Below are positions 35,901-48,727 of a stretch of DNA of 64,000 nucleotides, in pieces; position 1 is the stretch's first letter, and every line of letters begins with the position of its first letter. The stretch is from Scyliorhinus canicula (lineage: Eukaryota), in assembly GCF_902713615.1 (NCBI RefSeq), contig NC_052154.1:175221988-175285987 (forward strand), read 5' to 3'. The notes beneath the pieces are model-generated. The model worked only from the letters and a program-made list of their open reading frames with translations, was not told the origin of the DNA and did not search any database. The translations under genes were made by a program, and so were the position numbers.

Positions 35901-36238
35901 TGGATGGAAGGATCACTTGATGAAGCAGTGGGAGATGGTTGGGCTGAGGACACTTCCCAGAGGAATTCCTGCCACGATGATCTGAAGCTCAAAATGTGAT
36001 TTCTCCATGTGGGAATGTTGTAATATTTAGAATTCTGCAATTCTACTGACCCAACATTAAATCATCTGATTAACGATTCTCAATGTTTGGAACAATTTGG
36101 AATAAAATTTGAATTTTTGTTCGGGATAACAGCTAAAACTCTACAAAACTCTTCCATTTCACACCCACAGGGCACTTTAGTTTCAGAGGATGATGTATTG
36201 GTGGAACATGTACACTGGCTAATTTTGAGGTAACGTAC

Positions 36239-36345
36239 CTTTAAACTGGATGTCAGGTTCTCAGAGTATTGTGCTCGCTCTTCCTTGTCATGGTCTATCC
36301 AAGTTTCTATGGCTTTGACGGGTTTCTGAGAGCTGGGAACACCAT
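36239..36345 (-). CDS. KBTBD4: KBTBD4 internal coding exon
   Basis: ttgtag|(D)GVPSSQKPVKAIETWIDHDKEERAQYSENLTSSLK|gtacgt, 107 nt, phase 1 to 0. Not in the ORF track. Confidence 0.93.
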
Positions 36346-37983
36346 CTACAATATCATGAAAGAAAAGATTATTTTTAGTTCCCTAGCATCATTTTTCTAC
36401 AATCCAGACTGTGCTGATTTTTGCTTATTTGGCGGCAGTATGTTACAGTTGACTTTGGGTCCTGTAGACACACTTTTACAGGCGTGTTGTCGTCTGGAGC
36501 TATGAACAGCGATGGTAGAGACTCCAATCTATTGGCTGGCAAGGAATCTCTCCCGCTGTTACCACCTGCCATTGGGGTGTGTTGGACGGATTTGCAGGTT
36601 GACAATCAATCCGTTTGATCACATTACAAATGCACAAATCTTTGACCACCAGGTCCTGGGTGGGACTCGAATCTGGAGCTTTTGGCTCAAAGGCAGGGAC
36701 GCACCACATGCCTCCTCACTACCCCGTTTGTGTGTGTAAATAGTACAAACAACAAAGGAGGTTTGCTCGTTCCAACATTTGTGTCGGTATTGATTTAGGT
36801 TAAGACCTCAACATCATTTCATGTCAATCGGGGTATCACCGCGACCCCCTCAGTCTACAAACTTAACCATGGGCAGCATATCAGGCAGTGACCACTTTCA
36901 GTACTGCTCAAAGGGATCATTAGCTGCAGTAAGAGAATACTTGAAACAGGTCTCGTACTCATTTTTTTCTTCCTTACTTTCAGAGTTTTGAGCGTTAGGT
37001 ACATCAATCCCACTGATGTTTGCAGCTCTCTATTTCAGAGTACTGCCACTAGCCCATAATCACTGCCACCTAGAAGCAGTGTGATTCTGGCTGGCAGCTT
37101 GTCTATTCAATGCGGATGAGGCCTGACTATTAAAATCCAGTGGGTCTACTTCCGGTTTTCCTGCCCATCACTTGTCATAATCTGATGGGAAAGTAAATCA
37201 TCCTCATTGTCTCATTTATGCACCCCGTTGCTGGTCTAAGTCCAAGGAAAAAAGTCATGGCTCTTGTCTTTATGTAAAAGACCTGTGCTCTCTTTAACCA
37301 ACATTTTGAACTGATTACTTCATTATATTAATGTTGATTAATCTCTTACCAAGTGGCGTATTCTCTTGTTGAGAAATTAATCTAAAACAGTGCAATAAAA
37401 TAATCACCAATTCAAAATATTAGTTATGGGAAGGACTGGTTTAAATTTGGAGGTGGGGAAGCTTCTAGAAATAATTCGAACGGGCTACACATCCACTTCT
37501 GCTCACTGGCTCAGGGTTCACCCCGAACTCTAAAATTCAGGCCAACATTTCCTAATATAACAAAGATTGTTTCTTCTTTGAGAAAGTCTACACAATTATC
37601 TGTCAAGGCAAAGAATGTTCCCTCCAAAGCAAACGTTATCTTGGCTGAGAGCTTAGATACTACAAAGGGACCTTGTACAATTTACTGACAAGTAATAACA
37701 GAAAATGCAGTAAATACTCAGCAGGTCAGGCTGCGTCTGTGGAGAAAGAAATAGAGTTAATGTTTCAGGTCTATGACTTTTCATCTGAAACATTAACTCT
37801 GTTTCTCTCTCCACAGATGCTGCCTAACCTGCTATTTCCAGCATTTGCAGTTTTTATTTCACATTTCCAGTGTCCACAGTGTCTTGCTTTTCATTTGCAA
37901 GTAATGATCTTTCCAGAAGTTCCCCTGCTAGAAAGAATTAAAAAGGTTTCTCAAGTAAAATCAAGCAGAAAAAAACAGTATAC

Positions 37984-38587
37984 CTTTAATGATGTCGGTG
38001 AACAATCTTACAGGTAGTTTCACAAAATCTTCTGTCTTGTGAAGCTGCGACAGGTGCGTTTTTGCACATTGTTTTGCTGCTGTGTAAAGTTTCTGGTCAC
38101 TGTGCTGATCGGCTAACCACATGACCTGTAAACAGTTCCTGATGTCAACTGTCCGAGCCAGGAACCGAGAGCATTCTTCAAAAAGTGAGGTCAACTGGTA
38201 CATGTCTGCCACCTCATACGTCTCCTGGAGATCTTCCACTCTCAATTTGACAGTGCCCCGGTAAATATAGTCCACGAGGAGCTGGAAAACACTTGCATTC
38301 ACATCTTTCAGTTCTATAACATTATTATGAGCCTCCTTCAAATTCGAGGTGAACATGGAACGGAAGAAACAGCTCTGAGCAGAGAGCACAAGCCGATGGA
38401 GCTGAAATTCTTTCCCTTCCACAGAGATGGTAACGTCGGCAAACAGCCTGTCTTCAAGGCACAGATCCATAATACTCTGAGCAACCCGTGCAGAATGGAA
38501 TCTGTCTGTGAAGGTATAGCTCATGAAGTAACTCTCGTCTGTTGTACCTGCAATGGTGGCACCTCCTGCTTCACCACTTGGCTCCAT
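37984..38587 (-). CDS. KBTBD4: KBTBD4 first coding exon (BTB/BACK)
   Basis: MEPSG..LFADVTISVEGKEFQLHRLVLSAQSCFFRSMFTSNLKEA..TDIIK. Acceptor ccttag| at 38610, donor AAG|gtatac. Joined CDS is 522 aa. Confidence 0.97.
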
Positions 38588-39399
38588 TTCACGATTGGTA
38601 AAACCAGGACCTAAGGGAACAATTTCATTTTAAAAGTTTATGTCACTTTCAATCTTCTTTGTATTTTTATTATATATTGAGAAACTTCACCATCTTACTG
38701 GATCAGTACACACGTAAAGTTAGTAATCCCTTTTCCCAATATGCACCTGTCAAGAGATAAAATAAAATCATGAATATTGCACGTCGCCAAAAATACAAAG
38801 TTGCAATGCCTTGCCTGGATGTAAATACTTACAACCGGGATTAAATCTGTGGACAAACATTTCAGCTAATCATAGTGGTATTAGGCGGCAGGAACACATG
38901 TAGCAATGGCACTCATACTATCCCTCAGTCTCTCTCTTCAGCAGCAGTGACTATCTCAATCTCAAAGCTGGATGTCTGCAGCACCATTTCAGCCAAGGTA
39001 TCACTTAGTGCTTTAACAAAAAACATTTCTTCCTTTCAGGTGTCAGGGATCACAAGCTTCAACAACTCTTAGATTCCTGGGAATGCTCTGCTTTCCTCTG
39101 ACTCCATCTCTTCACTCCGCAGTGTACTTCCTATTTTCAGAAGTCTCCCTCCACCTGGCCCCTTACTCTCTCTTGATCTTTACATGGGGAACTGCCGGTG
39201 TGACATCAGCTATCTCAATTTTTCTCCTTTGCTCACTCATCCTAACTCACCTTTATCTGAATTCACAGCACTCTGGTTTGCTCAGGCCCAAGCTGCTGCT
39301 ACTGTTTGAGATATTACCCCAACCTTAGGAAGGAATTTCAACTCAGTAACACATCTTCCTGAACTATAACCTCACATTTAACATCAAGCCAATCTTTTG

Positions 39400-41212
39400 C
39401 ATCCTGTCACTGACCTCATCTCCTCTCTAAACGTTCTCTCCAGTCTTCAACCTCCCAGTTCCCCAAACACACGCAACCCACTTCTAGCTTCTTCACAAGA
39501 TCCACAAATAGGGCTGCCCCGGTACATCTAAAATGTCAGCCTGTTCCTGCATGACTGAACACATTTCCTCCTCCCTTGACTTCTCCCTTTGTCCAGTCTC
39601 TTCCCACCTACACTGTGACTCTTCTGATACCCCACGTCATACTTCAACATCTTCTAGTTTCCTCATCCGAACAGCCTCTTCTTTGGTTTGGACCTCCGAT
39701 CCCTCCACACCTCCGTCCCTCACGAGGACAGTCAGAGAGCTTGCTGTTTGTTCCAAAGACAGAGTCTCAATCAATTCCCATCCACAATTATCCTCCTCCT
39801 TCCGGCTGAGCTTGTACTCAATCTGAACAACTTCTCCTTCAACTCCATGCCCATCCTCCAAATAAAAGATGTTGCTATGGGAACCTATATGGGTTCCGGT
39901 CCTCTTGTGGAAGATTCCTTGTTCCAGTCCTTCTCAGGTTCCCTCCCGTATCTCTTTTCCTGGTACATTGATGACTCTGCTCTTGGCCTGACTTGGAAAC
40001 TTCCAATTTCCACCCTTCCCTCACATGGTTCCTCTCCGACAATTCCCTTTCACAATTTTTCTGTCTCCATTTCTGGGAATAGGCTATGTAAAATATTAAT
40101 TATAATCCCACTGACTCCCATAGTTACCTTGACTAACCTTCCTCACACACTGCTTCCTGTAAGGACTCAATTCTATTCTCCTAGTTTCTCCATCCTTGTT
40201 GCATTTGTTCTCACAATACCAATATCCATACCAGTGCTTCCAAAGTCTTTCTTTTTCCTTGACCGAGGATTCCCTCCACACTGTGGCTGACAGGATTCTC
40301 AACCCTATCCACCCCATTTCACCGTTTTCTCTCCCTCTCAGAATGATAAGGTTCCCCTTCCATCCCACCAGCCTTCAAATTCGACAAATCAATCTCTGCT
40401 ATTACTGCCACCTCCAATATGAAGCCACCATCAAACTCATTATTCCCTCTCTTTTCAACCTTTACAATGGACTGTTCCCTCTGTGCTACTCTCGTCCACT
40501 CCTCAGTCACCCTCACCCATCACACGTTGCACTTAGAATCAGAGAATCCCTACAGTGCAGAGGGAGGCCATTCGGCCCATCAAGTCTGCACCGGTCCTTC
40601 GAAAGACCACCCTACTGCGGCCCAATCCCCCACCCTATTCTTACAACCTCACTCAAAGGGGCAATTTATCATGGGCCTAACCTAACCTGCACATCTTTGG
40701 ACTGTGGGAGGAAACGGGAGCACCCGGAGGAAACCCAGCAGGCACAGGGAGAATGTGCAAACTCCACAGTCACCCGAAGTCGGAATTGAACCCGGGTCTC
40801 AGGCGCTGTGAGTCAGCAGTGCTGACCACTGCGCCACTCCAAATTTGGCAAGCACAACAATTTCATAAGCTAGTCACTGCCCCTGCTTTTCAGACAGCTA
40901 TTGATGATGATTCTGCTCTTGCTGTTTACTCTCTCATTTGTTTCTTTCCCATGACCATCGCCCTAGGTCTTGCAGCATCATCCCTTCTGCCATTTCATCA
41001 CTCCTGTTTTCCATCCAATCACACACCTCTCTGTTCTTTCCTTCCTTTGCCTCCTTCTCTGCCTTTGCATTTTTAGATCTATGACTTTTTTCGAGTTCTG
41101 ATGAAACGTTAACTTTGTATTTCTCTCCACAGATGCTGCCTGAGCTGCTGAATATCTGCAGCATTTTGTGTTTCTACTTCCGATTTCTAGGAGCAGCAGT
41201 ATTTTGATTTTG
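39400..41212 (+). mobile_element. Degenerate Penelope-like element (RT relic plus terminal repeat), with a SINE at ~40540-40837 (-)
   Basis: AELVLNLNNFSFNS..LQIKDVAMGTYMG..WYIDD. Terminal motif ctgatgaaacgttaac..ccacagatgctgcctgagctgctg. Confidence 0.75.
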
Positions 41213-41249
41213 GAATCAAATCATGATTTGTTCACCAAACACACTGAGG

Positions 41250-41565
41250 TTTTAAAAGGAAAGGATAATTTGATAAATAGGATGAACTTCAGGCAAATTT
41301 GACATTTGGCAAAAGGACATCAAATTGAACGGCAGATAACAGGTAATATTGTTATGCAGAATAGTGGGAAAATAGTAATTTAAAGAATCTTTATCACATG
41401 ATCATTTCATGATGACAGTCAAAAAGAACAGAAACTTTGCATTTCAATCTTTTAGGAGTGACATGAAAACAATCAGCCCCTTCAACATGTAGTTTTGTTA
41501 TAGAGTCATAGACGTCGACAGCAGCCTGGGTGTCACATAAATTATGGTGCCAAAGTTGAACAATT
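41250..41565 (-). repeat. Copy B of the ~310-bp dispersed duplication (uninterrupted)
   Basis: Near-identical inverse of 16681-16822 plus 17162-17323. Confidence 0.9.
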
Positions 41566-41754
41566 ATTTATTTTATGCGGACTTCTAAATTTGTCAAGTT
41601 GGACAGACTGTCAATCCCCTGAAACCCATCATTACCCATGGCTCTGTAAATCTTTCATATTTTCCATTAGGTTAAGATATGAATTAATTATTTTGTGTTG
41701 AAAAATTAGTTTTAAAAATCAATAGTTGTTCTCAGTTGAGTCATATTACTGTGA

Positions 41755-42520
41755 TTGCCTTTCCTCTCAGATCCATGATAGGGTCCCCCTTGTTCTCACC
41801 ATCCACCCCAACAGCCTCCATATTCCTCTGCCATTTCTGACATGGTGTCACAACCAAATACACCTTCCCTGCTATGCCCTCAAAGGTACCATTCCTTCAA
41901 TGACACGCTGGCCCACTCCTCAATCATCTTCCACCTACCTTCCCATGCAATCGTAGCTGTACTACATGTCCCTTTAACCCCTCCATGCCTCACTGTCCCA
42001 GGCCTCAAGACACTCCTTAAAGCAAAGCAGTGACGGACTTGTACTTCTTTCAATTTAGTTTACTGTATTCACGGCTCACAACGTGGTCTCCTCTATACTG
42101 GGGAGATTACTTTGCGTAACTCCTCCCCTCAATCTGTAAAGGTGACTCTGAGCTTTTGCTCGCTTCACATTTTAATTTTCCACCTTGCTGCCACCGAGGG
42201 GAGGGGTATCTTTGAACTCTCAAGCGGCTATTGGATAGGCATATGAAGTGCACTAGAATGATTTGGAGTAGGTTGATTTGATCTTAGTTTCAGACTAGTT
42301 CGACACAACATCATGGGCCGAAGAGCCTGTACTGTGCTGTATAGTTCTATATGTTTCTAATAGAGTTGAATTGAAACTTGAGGAAGAGCACCTCATCTTT
42401 CAGTTAGGAACTTCACCATCTTCTGGTCTCAACATTGACTGCATTCACTGTGAAAGTTCCCTAGTTGAAGATCATGGATGGAAATCTGACCTTGTACCAA
42501 CATTGAATTTAATGATTTCA
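41755..42520 (+). mobile_element. Penelope relic with an embedded CR1 tail
   Basis: DRVPLVLTIHP and a GIY-YIG-like ttcaatttagtttactgtattcacggctcacaacgtggtctcctctatactgggga. Confidence 0.55.
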
Positions 42521-43217
42521 GATTAGGAACATAAGAAATAGAAACAGAAGGAGGCCATTCAGCCCCTTGTGTCTGCTCCCGCATTCAATTAGATCACAGC
42601 TGATCTTCTACCTCAATACCATTCCTCACCGACCCCCGCCATCGCCTTGATATCTTTAATATGTTGAAATCTAGCGATTTATGTCTCAATAATCCAGTCT
42701 TTCCCTCTGGGACAGAGAATTCCTAACATTCACCATCCTCTAAGTGGAGAAACTCCTCTTTGCCTCTGTTTTGTTCCTATTCGGTGTCGCCTGGTTTAAA
42801 TTGTGATCTCTGCCCACATTCTCTTTCCTGGTTTTATTTTGTTTTCTCTGTGTTTTGACGGCAGATGTTCATGGTTCTGTTATTAATCTGTCCAATCTTG
42901 TTTTTCTGCCTGGGCCACAGATCTGGAACCTCGACTCTCTTTCTCTGACTGACCGACTGAGTGTTTCACTGTTTTGTGGAATACTTTCTGCTCTTTCCTC
43001 GGGTTTTCAACATTTGAACCTTCTCTTTCCGCCCTTATTAAAATGTCAGATTTTAACTTCAGCTCTTTTCGATCCAGGGGAGGGGCTGCAACAGTAAAGC
43101 GATTCGATCCCGGAGTTAAAACTAAAGGCGCGATGCTCCGGCTGAGGGAGGAAACCCCGCAACAACCGGGGGAGATTCTCATCGTCCAAACCTCCCCTCA
43201 AACCCGCCACAGCTCAC

Positions 43218-43260
43218 CTTCAAATCGCAGCCCGACACCGGGGGAGGAGATAGGGGCGGA
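43218..43260 (-). other. KBTBD4: Probable 3' end of KBTBD4 exon 1 (5' boundary unknown)
   Basis: Strong minus-strand donor GAAG|gtgagc at 43218/43217 in a CpG-rich region. The first coding exon has an acceptor, so an upstream exon is required. Confidence 0.55.
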
Positions 43261-43705
43261 CACGGGGGGGAAGGATTTGGGGGGGCGGACACCGGGAAGG
43301 GATGGGGATGGGGGCGAACACCGGACACAGGGAAGGGGATGGGGGCGAACATCGGACACAGGGAAGGAGCGGACACCGGGGGGGAAGGATTTGAGGGGCG
43401 GACCCGGAAGGAGGGGGGAAGGATTTGGGGGGCGGACCAAGGGGGAAGGATTTGGGGGCGGACCAAGGGTGGAAGGATTTGGGGGGCGGACCAAGGGGGG
43501 GGGGAAGGATTTGGGGGGCGGACCAAGGGGGGGAAGGATTTGGGGGGCGGACCAAGGGGGGGGAAGGATTTGGGGGGCGGACCAAGAGGGGGGGGGGAAG
43601 GATGTGGGGGGCGGACCAAGGGGGGGAAGGATGTGGGGGGCGGACCAAGGGGAAGAAGGATTTGGGGGGCGGACCAAGGGAGGGAAGGATTTGGGAGCGG
43701 ACACC
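43240..43705. repeat. G-rich ~27-bp minisatellite (GGAAGGATTTGGGGGGCGGACCAAGGG) in the KBTBD4/NDUFS3 bidirectional promoter
   Basis: About 10 good copies plus several degenerate ones. About 12 GGGCGG boxes. Confidence 0.92.
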
Positions 43706-43740
43706 CTGGAGACGGGGCCGCTGTTTCCGGTTCCGTTACC
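43705..43740. promoter_or_regulatory. NDUFS3 proximal promoter/5' UTR with ETS-like sites
   Basis: gTTTCCGGTTCCG (inverse CCGGAA) immediately upstream of accATGG, in a CpG island. Confidence 0.55.
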
Positions 43741-43801
43741 ATGGCGGCCAGACTTCTCGGTCTGGCTCGGGCCGGCTTCCAGAGAACTTTCCGGAGCGCG
43801 G
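43741..43801 (+). CDS. NDUFS3: NDUFS3 exon 1 (mitochondrial presequence)
   Basis: accATGG; MAARLLGLARAGFQRTFRSA is Arg-rich with no acidic residues. Donor G|gtgagg, phase 1. Confidence 0.85.
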
Positions 43802-44309
43802 GTGAGGAAGGGAGGCAAGGGGAAGGGTAGGCGGGCCTGATCGGACCGGACCCCCCCTGTCCCGCGGGTTGACCTTTCCGCCGTGTCCGGGCGGCGGGCG
43901 GCTCACCGCGACAAGGTCAGAGTTTGGGTTGAAGGAGCTGGGGAGAGAGTCTGTGTTGTCGTGTCCTTGTGCACGGACAATACACTGGATTGGGGGAAGA
44001 TCCCTAATGAATTACTGCCGTGCATCTTGCCCACGGCTGTCACTGTTCCTCGGTGGTGGAGGGATTGAATATTTGTGGAATGGGTAGAAATCAAGCCGGC
44101 TTCTTTGTCCTGGATGGTGCTGAGCTGCACTCATCTAGGCAAGTGGAGAGTACTCCATCACACTCCTGACTTGCAGATGGTGGTCAGGCTTTGGGGGGTC
44201 AGGAGGTGAGTTACCCGCCCTATGATTCCTAGCCTTTGATCGGCCCTGGTAGCCGCACTATTAATATAACAATAATCTTTATTAGGGTCACAAATAGGCT
44301 TCTATCAAC

Positions 44310-44915
44310 AAAAGACAAAGAAAAGTACAGCACAGGAACAGGCTTTTCGGCCCTCCAAGCCTGTGCCGACCATGCTGCCTGTCTAAACTAAAATCCTCTT
44401 CACTTCCTGGGTCCGTATCCCAATATTCCCATCCTATTCATGTATTTGCCAAGATGCCCCTTAAACGTCACCATCATCCCTGCTTCCACCACCTCCTCCG
44501 GCAGCGAGTTCCAGGCACCCACTACCGTCTGTGTAAAAAAAACTTGCCTCGTACATCTCCTCTAAACCTTGCCCCTCGCACATTAAACCTATGCCCCCTA
44601 GTAATTGACCCCTCTACCCTGGGAAAAAGCCTCTGACTATCCACTCTGTCTATGCCCCTCACAATTTTGTACATCTCTGTCAGGTCGTCCCTCAACCTCC
44701 GTCGTTCCAGTGAGAACAAACCAAGTTTATTTAACCGCTCCTCATAGCTAATGCCCTCCATGCCAGGCAACATCCTGGTAAATCTCTTCTGCACCCTCTC
44801 TAAAGCCTCCACATCCTTCTGGTAGTGTGGCGACCAGAATTGAACACAATACTCCAAGTGTGGCCTAACTAAGGTTCTATACAGATGCAACATGACTTGC
44901 CAATTCTTATACTCA
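44310..44915 (-). mobile_element. CR1 (HER1-like) 3' fragment
   Basis: ORF 44522..44893: LYRTLVRPHLEYCVQFWSPHYQKDVEALERVQKRFTRMLPG. Confidence 0.9.
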
Positions 44916-45309
44916 ATGTCCCGGCCACTGCAATGAAGTTACTGTGAAAAGCCCTAAGTCGCTACACTCCGATGGCTGGTTTGGGTACACAGAGGGATAA
45001 TTCAGAATGCCCAATTCACCCAACATGCACATCTTTTGGGACTTGGGGGAGGAAACCGGGGCGCCCGGAGGAAACCCACGCAGACACGGTGAGAAGGAGC
45101 GGACCCCGTACAGACAATGACCCAAGCCAGGAAGCAAACCCGGGTCAAGCGACAGTGCTAACCAGGATGGAGTATGTGGTAATCAGGAGGTTTCCTTTTA
45201 GATTTTGTGAGTGTGACTATGTCAGGCTGTTGTTTGTCTAGTCTGTGAGACAATTCTCCCAATTTTGGCACAAGCCCACTGTTGATAGTGTAAAGGACTT
45301 TGCAGGGTC

Positions 45310-45647
45310 ATAGAATCATAGAATTTACAGTGCAAAAGGAGGCCATTCGGCCCATCGAGTCTGCACCGGCTCTTGGAAAGAGCACCCTACCCAAATCCAC
45401 CCTATCCCCATAACCCAGTAACCCCACCCAACACTAAAGGCAATGTTGGATACTAAGGGCAATTTAGCATGGCCAATCCACCTAACATGCACATCTTTGG
45501 ACTGTGGGAGGAAACCGGAGCACCCGGAGAAAGCCCATGCACACACGGGGAGAACATGCAGACTCTGCACAGACAGTTACCCAAGCCGGGATTCGAACCT
45601 GGGACCCTGGAACTGTGAAGCAATTGTGCTAACCACTATGCTACCGG
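45310..45647 (-). mobile_element. HE1-type SINE
   Basis: Full inverse copy, close to 16823-17161. Confidence 0.85.
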
Positions 45648-46208
45648 GTCAACTGGGCTGGGTGTGTTGTCATTTCCAGTGGCTGTCCAGACTTGGCAGA
45701 TTTCCTTTGGGATTTTACAACTAGCTTTTAATTCCAAATATTTTTTATGATTTTTGCTCCATTTGAAAAAATGCCAGTGATTAACTTAAAGACATCTAGG
45801 AATAACATTGGGAAAGATGTGATATTGGACGGCACAATGGTTAGCGCTAGGGACCTGCATTCAATTCCATCCTTAGGTGGCTGTGTGGAGTTTGCATGCT
45901 GAAGCAGGGATTCGAACCTGGGACCCTGGAACTGTGAAGCAATTGTGCTAACCACTATGCTACCGGGGCAACAGGGCTGGGTGTGTTGTCATTTCCAGTG
46001 GCTGTCCAGACCGGAGAAGCATAGCAGTTTCCTTTGGGATTTTACAACTAGCTTTTAATTCCAAATATTTTTTATGATTTTTGCTCCATTTGAAAAAATG
46101 CCAGTGATTAACTTAAAGACATCTAGGAATAACATTGGGAAAGATGGCACAGTGGTTAGCGCTAGGGACCTGCATTCAATTCCATCCTTAGGTGGCTGTG
46201 TGGAGTTT
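45588..46208. repeat. ~310-bp direct tandem duplication
   Basis: 45588-45894 is repeated at 45907-46208 (gggattcgaacctgggacc..ggtggctgtgtggagttt). Confidence 0.88.
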
Positions 46209-46329
46209 TAATGCTCTCCCCATGCCCGCGTGGGTTTCTTGCGAGTGCTCCGGTTTCCTCACATAGTAAAAAGATGTGCAGGTTAGGTGGATTGACCATG
46301 CTAAAATTGCCCTTTCATATCCAATGATT

Positions 46330-48365
46330 CAAATCACTAGCAAATGGAGGTCTGTAACTAGTGGTGTTCCGCAGGGATCAGTACTGGGACCTCTGCTCTT
46401 TGTAATATATAGATAGGCTGCAAAATTGGCAGAGAATGGCAGATGGAATTTAACACGGACAAATGCAAGGTGATGCATTTTGGTAGATCCAATTCAGGTG
46501 GGAGCTATAAAATAAATGGCAGAACCATTAGGAGCATAGAGACACAGAGATCTGGGCGTGCAGGTCCACAGATCCTTAAAAGTGGCAGTACAGGTACAAA
46601 TGGTGGGAAAGAAAGCATATGGCATGCTTGCCTACATAGGACGGAGTATCGAGTATAAAAGCTCGAAGTTGATGTTACAGTTATGTAGAACGTTGATTAG
46701 ACCACATTTGGAATACTGTGTTCAATTCTCACCGCACTACCAGAAGGACGTGGAGGCTTCGGAGAGAGTGCAGAAAAGGTTTACCAGGATATTGTCTGGT
46801 ATGGAGGGTATTAGCTATGAGGAGAGATTGAATAAACTGGGATTGCTCTCCCTAGAGAGACGGAGGCTGAAGGGTGACCTAATAGAAGTTTATAAAATTA
46901 TTAGGGGTATAGATAGGGTCAACAGTTGGAGGCTTTTTCCCAGAGTGGAAATGACAATTACAAGGGGGCATAAGTTCAAGGTGAGGGGGGGAAAGGTTCA
47001 GTGAAGATGTGCGGGGAAGTTTTTTCACAGAGGGTGGTGATGGCCTGGAATGCACGGCCAAGTGAGGTAGTTGAGGCAGATACGTTAGTGACCTTTAAGA
47101 GTTATCTAGATAGACACATGATCAGATGGGGTATAGAAGGATACAGGCGATTGGTCTAGATAGGACACATGATCGGCGCAGGCTTGGAGGGCCGAAGGGC
47201 CTGTTCCTGTGCTGTAATGTTCTTTGCTCTTTGATAAAGATTATTGTTAAGATGACTATTATATACAGGATTGGGTAAGGAAAACTAGAGACTCATGGCA
47301 GATCCTGGGGGCTCAAAATAGAGAATGCACTAGAGGAGTATAGAGTGTGCAAGGGGGTACTTAAAAAAGAAATTAGGAGAGTGAAGAAGGGGCATGAAAA
47401 AACACTGGTGGGAAAAATAGAGGAAAATCCCAAGGTGTTTTATATTATATTCCCGTACCAGCCTCCCCGAACAGGCGCCGGAATGTGGCGACTAGGGGCT
47501 TTTCACAGTAACTTCATTGAAGCCTACTCGTGACAATAAGCGATTTTCATTTCATTTCATATTAAGGGCAAGAGGGTAACCAGGGATAGAAATCAGGGAG
47601 GGGCTGGTTTAGCACACTGGGCTAAATCGCTAGCTTTTAAAGCAGGCCAGCAGCATGGTTCAATTCCCGTACCAGCCTCCCCGAACAGGCGCCGGAATGT
47701 GGCGACTAGGGGCTTTTCACAGTAACTTCATTTGAAGCCTACTTGCGACAATAAGCGATTTTCATTTTTTATTCATTGATGTAATTGAACAGATTAGCAT
47801 TAGGAGGGAGGATGCATTAGTTTTAATGTGCTTAAAAATGGATAAATCCCCAGGCCCAGACGAGATGTATCCCAGGCTGCTGTGGGAGGCATGGGAGATC
47901 ATCTCAGGAGTTCTGACGCAAATTTACGAATCCTCTTGCTACACGAGGGGTAATAGAGGACTGGAGGACAGCTAATAAACCATTATTCAAGAAGGGAAGT
48001 AGGGATAAACCAGCTCATTACAGGCCAATGAGTTTAACATCAGTGGCAGGGACATTATTTTTAAAATTCCTGAGAAACTGAATTGACCTCAACTTGGAGA
48101 GGCATGGATTAATCAGGGATAGTCAGCATGGCTTTGACAAAGAGGAGATCGTGTCTAACAAATTTGATTGAATTTTACAAGGAGGTGACGAGGTTGCAAG
48201 GTGACGACGATGAGGGCAATGCAGTTGTTGTAGTCTACATGGACCTCATTAAGGCTTTTCACAAGACTCTGCATGGGAGACGGATCAAGAAGAGAAGAGT
48301 CCTTGGGATCCAGGGCAATATTGCAAATTATGATCCAAATTGATTTAGTGGCAGGAGGCAGAGTG
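46330..48365 (+). mobile_element. CR1 LINE fragments with SINEs at ~47448-47560 and ~47597-47770
   Basis: MEFNTDKCKVMHFGRSN, LERRRLKGDLIEVYKI, RSCLTNLIEFYKEVT..VVYMDLIKAFHK. Confidence 0.85.
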
Positions 48366-48664
48366 TGATCCTCAAACGTGCATCCTCAAAACATTAATAT
48401 GCCTCTTAGATGATGGACTTACTTTTTTTTAGGTTTTCAGATTATAATTCAGATTCCATGAACTAGAATTTTAACCTTTCCGAATTACCATAGTTTTTCT
48501 TTATCAAACCATTATTAATTTAAGTCATGATATCTCCATAATATCTTGAAATTTAATCTATAATATATCAGGTTATAGACAAAAATAGTTCACTGTTCTG
48601 AATAGTTTTTGCTGTATTTGTACATTAAGTTGTAAAACATAATGCTCTTGTGATTTCATTATAG

Positions 48665-48727
48665 CTCCTGGCCGCAGTGTTTTAGCATCACAGACTAGGT
48701 TTGAGGGAACTGTTTCTGAGACTCGAC
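48665..48727 (+). CDS. NDUFS3: NDUFS3 exon 2
   Basis: ttatag|(A)PGRSVLASQTRFEGTVSETR(P)|gtaagt, 63 nt, phase 1-1, joining exon 1 to exon 3 in frame. Confidence 0.8.

Noticed and set aside
42974-43840. 288-aa and other Gly-rich plus-strand ORFs upstream of NDUFS3
   Set aside because: These are translations of the promoter minisatellite. The ATG at 43741 gives a typical mitochondrial presequence with a good Kozak context.
43895-43920. Alternative minus-strand donor (cgcg|gtgagc) in NDUFS3 intron 1 as a KBTBD4 first exon
   Set aside because: Motif only, with no supporting evidence. The 43218 donor fits the head-to-head layout better.
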